From positions 11,872 to 75,871 of the IMG/VR virus record IMGVR_UViG_3300042450_000799: a stretch of DNA of 64,000 nt; one strand, given 5' to 3'. The first letter of the stretch is position 1. Every line of letters begins with the position of its first letter. The position numbers and the translations under genes were made by a program. The notes beneath the pieces are model-generated. The model ran no database searches, was not told the DNA's origin, and saw only the letters and a program-made list of their open reading frames with translations. Below are positions 59,488 to 64,000 of the stretch, piece by piece. Origin of the DNA: a virus.

Positions 59488-59870
59488 TGGTTTTTATTGG
59501 GTTCTTATGTTTCTCGTTATCGGGGATGTTTGAAGGCTTTATGGACACACTACAATTTCACTATTCAAGCTCCATTTTTTATTATAAAAAGAATAAAAAC
59601 TTTTGGAACCCAGAATTATCTTGGAAAAATAAATATAAAAACTCGGATCCCACTGAAGGACCTAGATTCCCCTTTTCAACAACACTACTTGTTGGTTTAA
59701 CAGATGCGTGGCATTTATTCAAATTACTTAGAACATTCTTCCTTTTTGCTGGTGTTTTTTTCATATTCGTTCCTTGTCAAACAACCATTGTATGTTTAAC
59801 ATATGTTTTTATATCGAGAATTTTGTATGGGATATTTTTCACCCTAACATTTGACTATACATCAAAATAA
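59484..59870 (+). CDS. Membrane protein
   Basis: ATGA-coupled start MMVFIGFLCFSL; SWKNKY...TDAWHLFK; three hydrophobic segments. Confidence 0.6.
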   Translation: MMVFIGFLCFSLSGMFEGFMDTLQFHYSSSIFYYKKNKNFWNPELSWKNKYKNSDPTEGPRFPFSTTLLVGLTDAWHLFKLLRTFFLFAGVFFIFVPCQTTIVCLTYVFISRILYGIFFTLTFDYTSK

Positions 59871-59876
59871 TATATT

Positions 59877-61076
59877 ATGAAAAATTTAAAAATTGGAATT
59901 ACACTAGGTCTAAAAGATAATAAAGAGTCGATTTGGACAAACGGAATTAAACAAAACATATTGATGTTAACTAAGTTATTAAAAAACTCGAATGAGAAAT
60001 ATGAGATAACTTTATTAAACACAATTGATGTTGATTGGTCGACTAAGCCAAGTTATTTAACCGATGTTAACATTTGTAACTTTAGGGATCACTACGAAGA
60101 CATGGATTTGTTAATCGTTATGGGAGCTCAGATTAATAAATCTGAAATTGAGAAGTTTAAATCAAAACCGAATAAAAAAATAATTGCATACAAATGCGGT
60201 AACAATTATATTCTAAGTGCTGAAAACATCCTGTTTAAAGAAGATGAGAAAAAAGTTTATCAATTCGATGAAGTATATGACGAGATATGGTATATACCTC
60301 AACAACATGAAACTAATTGTGGTTATTATCATACCCTATATCGGTCTAAAGCGTTTATCGTTCCTTTCATATGGCATCACCAATATCTACTAGAGGCTCT
60401 TGTTGATATTGAAAAAGGATTTAAAAAGGGTTCATTTAAAAAAGATTATCGATACAACATCGGTAAAGAAAAGAAACGATTGGGTGTGATGGAACCGAAC
60501 CTTAACATGGTTAAATTTTGTCTTATACCAGCAATGATTGCTGAAGAGTCTTATCGAGGTGATGTTGGTAAAGAACATATAGATAAGTTAATGCTTACCA
60601 ATTCCGAGAAAGTTGCTAAACACAAGGAGTTCATGGGTATGATTAGGACTTTTGATTTATTTAAAGACAATAAAATAACATCTGAAAGTAGATACCAAAC
60701 AGCATTTATATTGACCCAACATATCGATGTATTAATCTGTCATCAAATATTAAATCCATTAAATTATATTTACTTGGATGCTGCATATATGGGATATCCT
60801 GTATTACATAACGCTCCAATGTGTAAAGATTTGGGTTATTACTATGAAGGTTCAGATACAGTTGATGGTGCTAAACAATTGGATTACATATTAACTGAGC
60901 ATGATAAGAATATTGACTCGTATAATGAACGAAACGATAAAGTGTTGATGAGATATCATGCTGACAATCAGAAATTGGTTAAAACATATGATAAATTAAT
61001 TCATAACTTGTTTAATGGGGGTAATGATGGTTTGGAATATAATCCGAAAACAAATTTGTATAAAAATCTAAAATGA
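59877..61076 (+). CDS. DUF2827-like protein (putative GT-B glycosyltransferase)
   Basis: SIWTNGIKQN N-terminus; MEPNLNMVK; HQILNPLNYIYLDAAYMGYPVLHN. Confidence 0.65.
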   Translation: MKNLKIGITLGLKDNKESIWTNGIKQNILMLTKLLKNSNEKYEITLLNTIDVDWSTKPSYLTDVNICNFRDHYEDMDLLIVMGAQINKSEIEKFKSKPNKKIIAYKCGNNYILSAENILFKEDEKKVYQFDEVYDEIWYIPQQHETNCGYYHTLYRSKAFIVPFIWHHQYLLEALVDIEKGFKKGSFKKDYRYNIGKEKKRLGVMEPNLNMVKFCLIPAMIAEESYRGDVGKEHIDKLMLTNSEKVAKHKEFMGMIRTFDLFKDNKITSESRYQTAFILTQHIDVLICHQILNPLNYIYLDAAYMGYPVLHNAPMCKDLGYYYEGSDTVDGAKQLDYILTEHDKNIDSYNERNDKVLMRYHADNQKLVKTYDKLIHNLFNGGNDGLEYNPKTNLYKNLK

Positions 61077-61099
61077 AATATAATTTCTATGATACAAGA

Positions 61100-61122
61100 A
61101 AGGGACTCGATTTGAGTCCCTT
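61100..61122. terminator. Bidirectional terminator between convergent genes
   Basis: AAGGGACTC-GATTT-GAGTCCCTT with flanking A/T runs. Confidence 0.8.
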
Positions 61123-61143
61123 CTTTTGTTGTGTTAATATTAA

Positions 61144-64000
61144 TTATAAAGTCCAATAAACATCAATATATCCGCCAAATGGACCATAACCAGATGGTGC
61201 ATATTGAATACAATTCCAAGTTTGTCCTTCATGGGTTACAACAGCACCAATGTTATAAATCGTTCCGCCATCCCATGGTTGTGTTGGAGGAGTTCCACCA
61301 CTATTAACACCTTTTACTCTTAGTTTACCACTTCCAACTGCGATTAAATCTAAACCATCAAAACTCCAACCTAGGTTATTTAATAGGTTATCATAATCAG
61401 TGTTACTTGCCGATGTTCTACCATTACTTGAAAGAAATTCACCACCAGATAATCCATTTTGATTAAGTTGATTTAGTATTTGATTGTTTACGGATGATGT
61501 TAATTGGTTAGTATATAAATTCAAATAAGTTAAACTAGATAAACTAGATAATCCAGTTCCGTCAAATGATGTTAATTGGTTCTCTTGTAAATTCAAATAA
61601 GTTAAACTCCCTAATCCACTTCCATCAAATGATGTTAAGAGGTTATCATTTAAAATCAAATTAGTTAAACTTGTTGGTAAATTACTAACTGATGTTAATA
61701 TACCACCCCCAGATTTACCGTCTCCCATTATAAGCAAATTAGTTAAACTCTCTAATCCAGTTCCATCAAATGATGTTAATTGGTTATAATTTAACTCCAA
61801 TATAGTTAAACTCTCTAATCCAGTTCCACCAAACGATGTTAATTGATTATAATTTAAATACAACTCAGTTAAACTAGATAAACCAGTTCCGTCAAATGAT
61901 GTTAATTGGTTACTTTGTAAATCCAAATAAGTTAAACCAGATAAACCAGTTCCGTCAAATGATGTTAATTGGTTATTACTTAAATACAACTCAATTAAAC
62001 TAGATAATCCAGTTCCGTCAAATGATGTTAGTTGGTTATTATATAAATTCAAACTAGTTACATCTCCACTAACTGTTCCATCTGAATCACATGAAATGAT
62101 TGTGTATTCACCGTTTATGTTTGTTATTGTGATTGTTTGTCCCCCATCATTTTGGTCAAATACACTTGAATCACTTCCATCGTGATTATATTTCCAAAAT
62201 CCAGTTGATGTATTAACATTAATGTTAATTGAATCTCCAACTGATTTGGATGTTATGAATGTTGGTGGTATGATTAAATCTAAACCAGTGATTGACCAAC
62301 CTAAACTTACTAAGTTATCATAATCGGCGTTACTTGCAGATGTTCTACCATTACTTGAATAAAATTCACCCCCAGATAATCCATTTTGATTAAGTTGATT
62401 TAGTATTTGGTTGTTTACGGATGATGTTAATTGGTTATCATTTATTTCTAAATAAATTAAACTAGATAATCCAGTTCCGTCAAATGATGTTAATTGGTTA
62501 GTTTGTAAATACAACTCAGTTAAACTAGATAAACCAGTTCCGTCAAATGATGTTAATTGGTTACCTTGTAAATACAATTGAGTTAAACTAGATAAACCAG
62601 TTCCGTCAAATGATGTTAATTGGTTAAGACCTAAATTCAAATTAGTTAAACTAGATAAATCAGTTCCGTCAAATGATGTTAATTGGTTATTATTTAAGTC
62701 CAAATCAGTTAAACTAGATAAACCAGTTCCGTCAAATAAAGTGATTTGGTTTTCAACTAAGCTCAACATAGTTAAATCTCCATTGACTGTACCATCTGAA
62801 TCACATGATATTATTGTGAATTCACCGTTTGCATTTGTTACTGAGATTATTTGTCCCCCATTATTTTGGTTAAATACACTTGAATCACTTCCATTGTGAT
62901 TATATTTCCAAAATCCAGTTGATGTTTGAACCCAAATGTTGATTGATTCTCCAACTGCTTTGGATGTTATGAATGTTGGTTGTGTTGTAGTGATTAAATC
63001 TAAACCTTCAAAATACCAACCTAAACTTACTAGGTTATCATAATCAGTGTTACTTGTCGATGTTCTACCATTACTTGAATAAAATTCACCATTTGATAAT
63101 CCATTTAATGCTAATTGATTTAGTATTTGATTGTTTACTGATGGTGTGAATGGATTACCTTCTAATCCCAAACTAGTTAAACTAGATAAACCCGTTCCGT
63201 CAAATGATGTTAATTGGTTAAAACCTAATTCCAAATTAGTTAAACTAGATAAACCAGTTCCGTTAAATAATGTTAATTGGTTATCACCTAAATTCAAACC
63301 AGTTACATTACCACTAACTGTACCTTCTGAATCACATGAAATGATTGTAAATTCACCGTTTATGTTCGCTACTGGTATACTATATACCCAACCATTTGCG
63401 TTTATACTTGAATCACTACCATCGTGATTATATTTCCAATATCCAGTTGATGTTTGAATATAAACGTTGATTGTTTCTCCAATGGATTTGGATGTTATGA
63501 ATGTTGGAAGTATAGGTAAATCTAAACCAGATAATGTCCAACCTAAACTTAATAGGTTATCATAATCAGTGTTACTTGTCGATGTTCTACCATTACTTGA
63601 ATAAAATTCACCATTTGATAATCCATTTAATGCTAATTGATTTAGTATTTGATTGTTTGATGATGGTGTGAATGGATTACCATTTATTTCTAAATAAATT
63701 AAACTAGATAAACCAGTTCCGTCAAATGATGTTAATTGGTTATCAGTTAAATCCAAATCAGTTAAACTAGATAATCCAGTTCCGTCAAATGATGTTAATT
63801 GGTTATCACCTAAACTCAAATTAGTTAAACTTGTTAAATCTGTTCCGTCAAATGATGTTAATTGGTTATTATATAAAACCAAACTAGTTAAACTTGTTGG
63901 TAAAATAAAACCATCCAATGATGTTAATTGGTTATTTCTTAAGTCCAACAGAGTTAAACTAGATAAACCAGTTCCGTCAAATAAAGTGATTTGGTTTTCA
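61144..64000 (-). CDS. Multi-module leucine-rich-repeat protein with C-terminal CBM5/12-like domain (5' end off window)
   Basis: 21-aa LRRs LTSFDGTGLSSLTxLxLxxNQ in capped modules; frame stays open upstream of 63948 (ENQITLFDGTGLSSLTLL); C-terminal PWDGGTIYNIGAVVTHEGQTW. Confidence 0.85.
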   Translation of the reverse strand, partial: ENQITLFDGTGLSSLTLLDLRNNQLTSLDGFILPTSLTSLVLYNNQLTSFDGTDLTSLTNLSLGDNQLTSFDGTGLSSLTDLDLTDNQLTSFDGTGLSSLIYLEINGNPFTPSSNNQILNQLALNGLSNGEFYSSNGRTSTSNTDYDNLLSLGWTLSGLDLPILPTFITSKSIGETINVYIQTSTGYWKYNHDGSDSSINANGWVYSIPVANINGEFTIISCDSEGTVSGNVTGLNLGDNQLTLFNGTGLSSLTNLELGFNQLTSFDGTGLSSLTSLGLEGNPFTPSVNNQILNQLALNGLSNGEFYSSNGRTSTSNTDYDNLVSLGWYFEGLDLITTTQPTFITSKAVGESINIWVQTSTGFWKYNHNGSDSSVFNQNNGGQIISVTNANGEFTIISCDSDGTVNGDLTMLSLVENQITLFDGTGLSSLTDLDLNNNQLTSFDGTDLSSLTNLNLGLNQLTSFDGTGLSSLTQLYLQGNQLTSFDGTGLSSLTELYLQTNQLTSFDGTGLSSLIYLEINDNQLTSSVNNQILNQLNQNGLSGGEFYSSNGRTSASNADYDNLVSLGWSITGLDLIIPPTFITSKSVGDSININVNTSTGFWKYNHDGSDSSVFDQNDGGQTITITNINGEYTIISCDSDGTVSGDVTSLNLYNNQLTSFDGTGLSSLIELYLSNNQLTSFDGTGLSGLTYLDLQSNQLTSFDGTGLSSLTELYLNYNQLTSFGGTGLESLTILELNYNQLTSFDGTGLESLTNLLIMGDGKSGGGILTSVSNLPTSLTNLILNDNLLTSFDGSGLGSLTYLNLQENQLTSFDGTGLSSLSSLTYLNLYTNQLTSSVNNQILNQLNQNGLSGGEFLSSNGRTSASNTDYDNLLNNLGWSFDGLDLIAVGSGKLRVKGVNSGGTPPTQPWDGGTIYNIGAVVTHEGQTWNCIQYAPSGYGPFGGYIDVYWTL

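Noticed and set aside
61480-64000. CRISPR-like pattern of ~40-nt repeats with ~21-nt variable spacers
   Set aside because: The 63-nt period is in frame within an open LRR gene, the 'spacers' keep fixed Leu codons, and no cas genes are in the window.
61144-64000. Diversity-generating retroelement acting on the LRR gene
   Set aside because: No reverse transcriptase or non-coding template repeat in the window, and differences are not evidently confined to adenines. Cannot be excluded outside the window.
1-64000. Stop-codon reassignment as in some large phages
   Set aside because: Long intact ORFs and high coding density under code 11; TAA, TAG and TGA all end genes at plausible C-termini.
1-64000. 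tRNA or rRNA genes, group I introns
   Set aside because: Intergenic gaps are short, no cloverleaf was recognised, and nrdJ, pol and recA are uninterrupted.

Overview
AT-rich, gene-dense 64 kb segment of a large T4-like contractile-tailed dsDNA bacteriophage (standard code 11). SprB-repeat and LRR surface proteins and SD-less, A-rich translation starts suggest a Bacteroidota-type host (inference). Structural blocks (baseplate, tape measure, tail chaperone, tube, sheath, tail terminator, neck) are interleaved with replication blocks (class II RNR, DnaB helicase, 5'-3' exonuclease, RecA/UvsX, gp32-like SSB, intein-containing SNF2 helicase, family B DNA polymerase). Two promoter classes are visible: TTGACA-17-TATAAT-type promoters before replication genes, and a TATTTAT motif before structural and late genes. 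Best leads: (1) two dispersed copies of a self-promoted cassette pairing a CcdA-like ribbon-helix-helix (RHH) gene with an overlapping zinc-finger HNH nuclease; (2) a modular, VLR-like LRR protein with constant frameworks and hypervariable concave-face residues; (3) a probable +1 frameshift at UUU_UUU_CGG in the tail assembly chaperone; (4) an exact 14-bp-period TTCTAG array; (5) giant baseplate proteins with OmpA-like, glucosaminidase-like and transmembrane segments. All family calls are from motif recognition; no database search was run.
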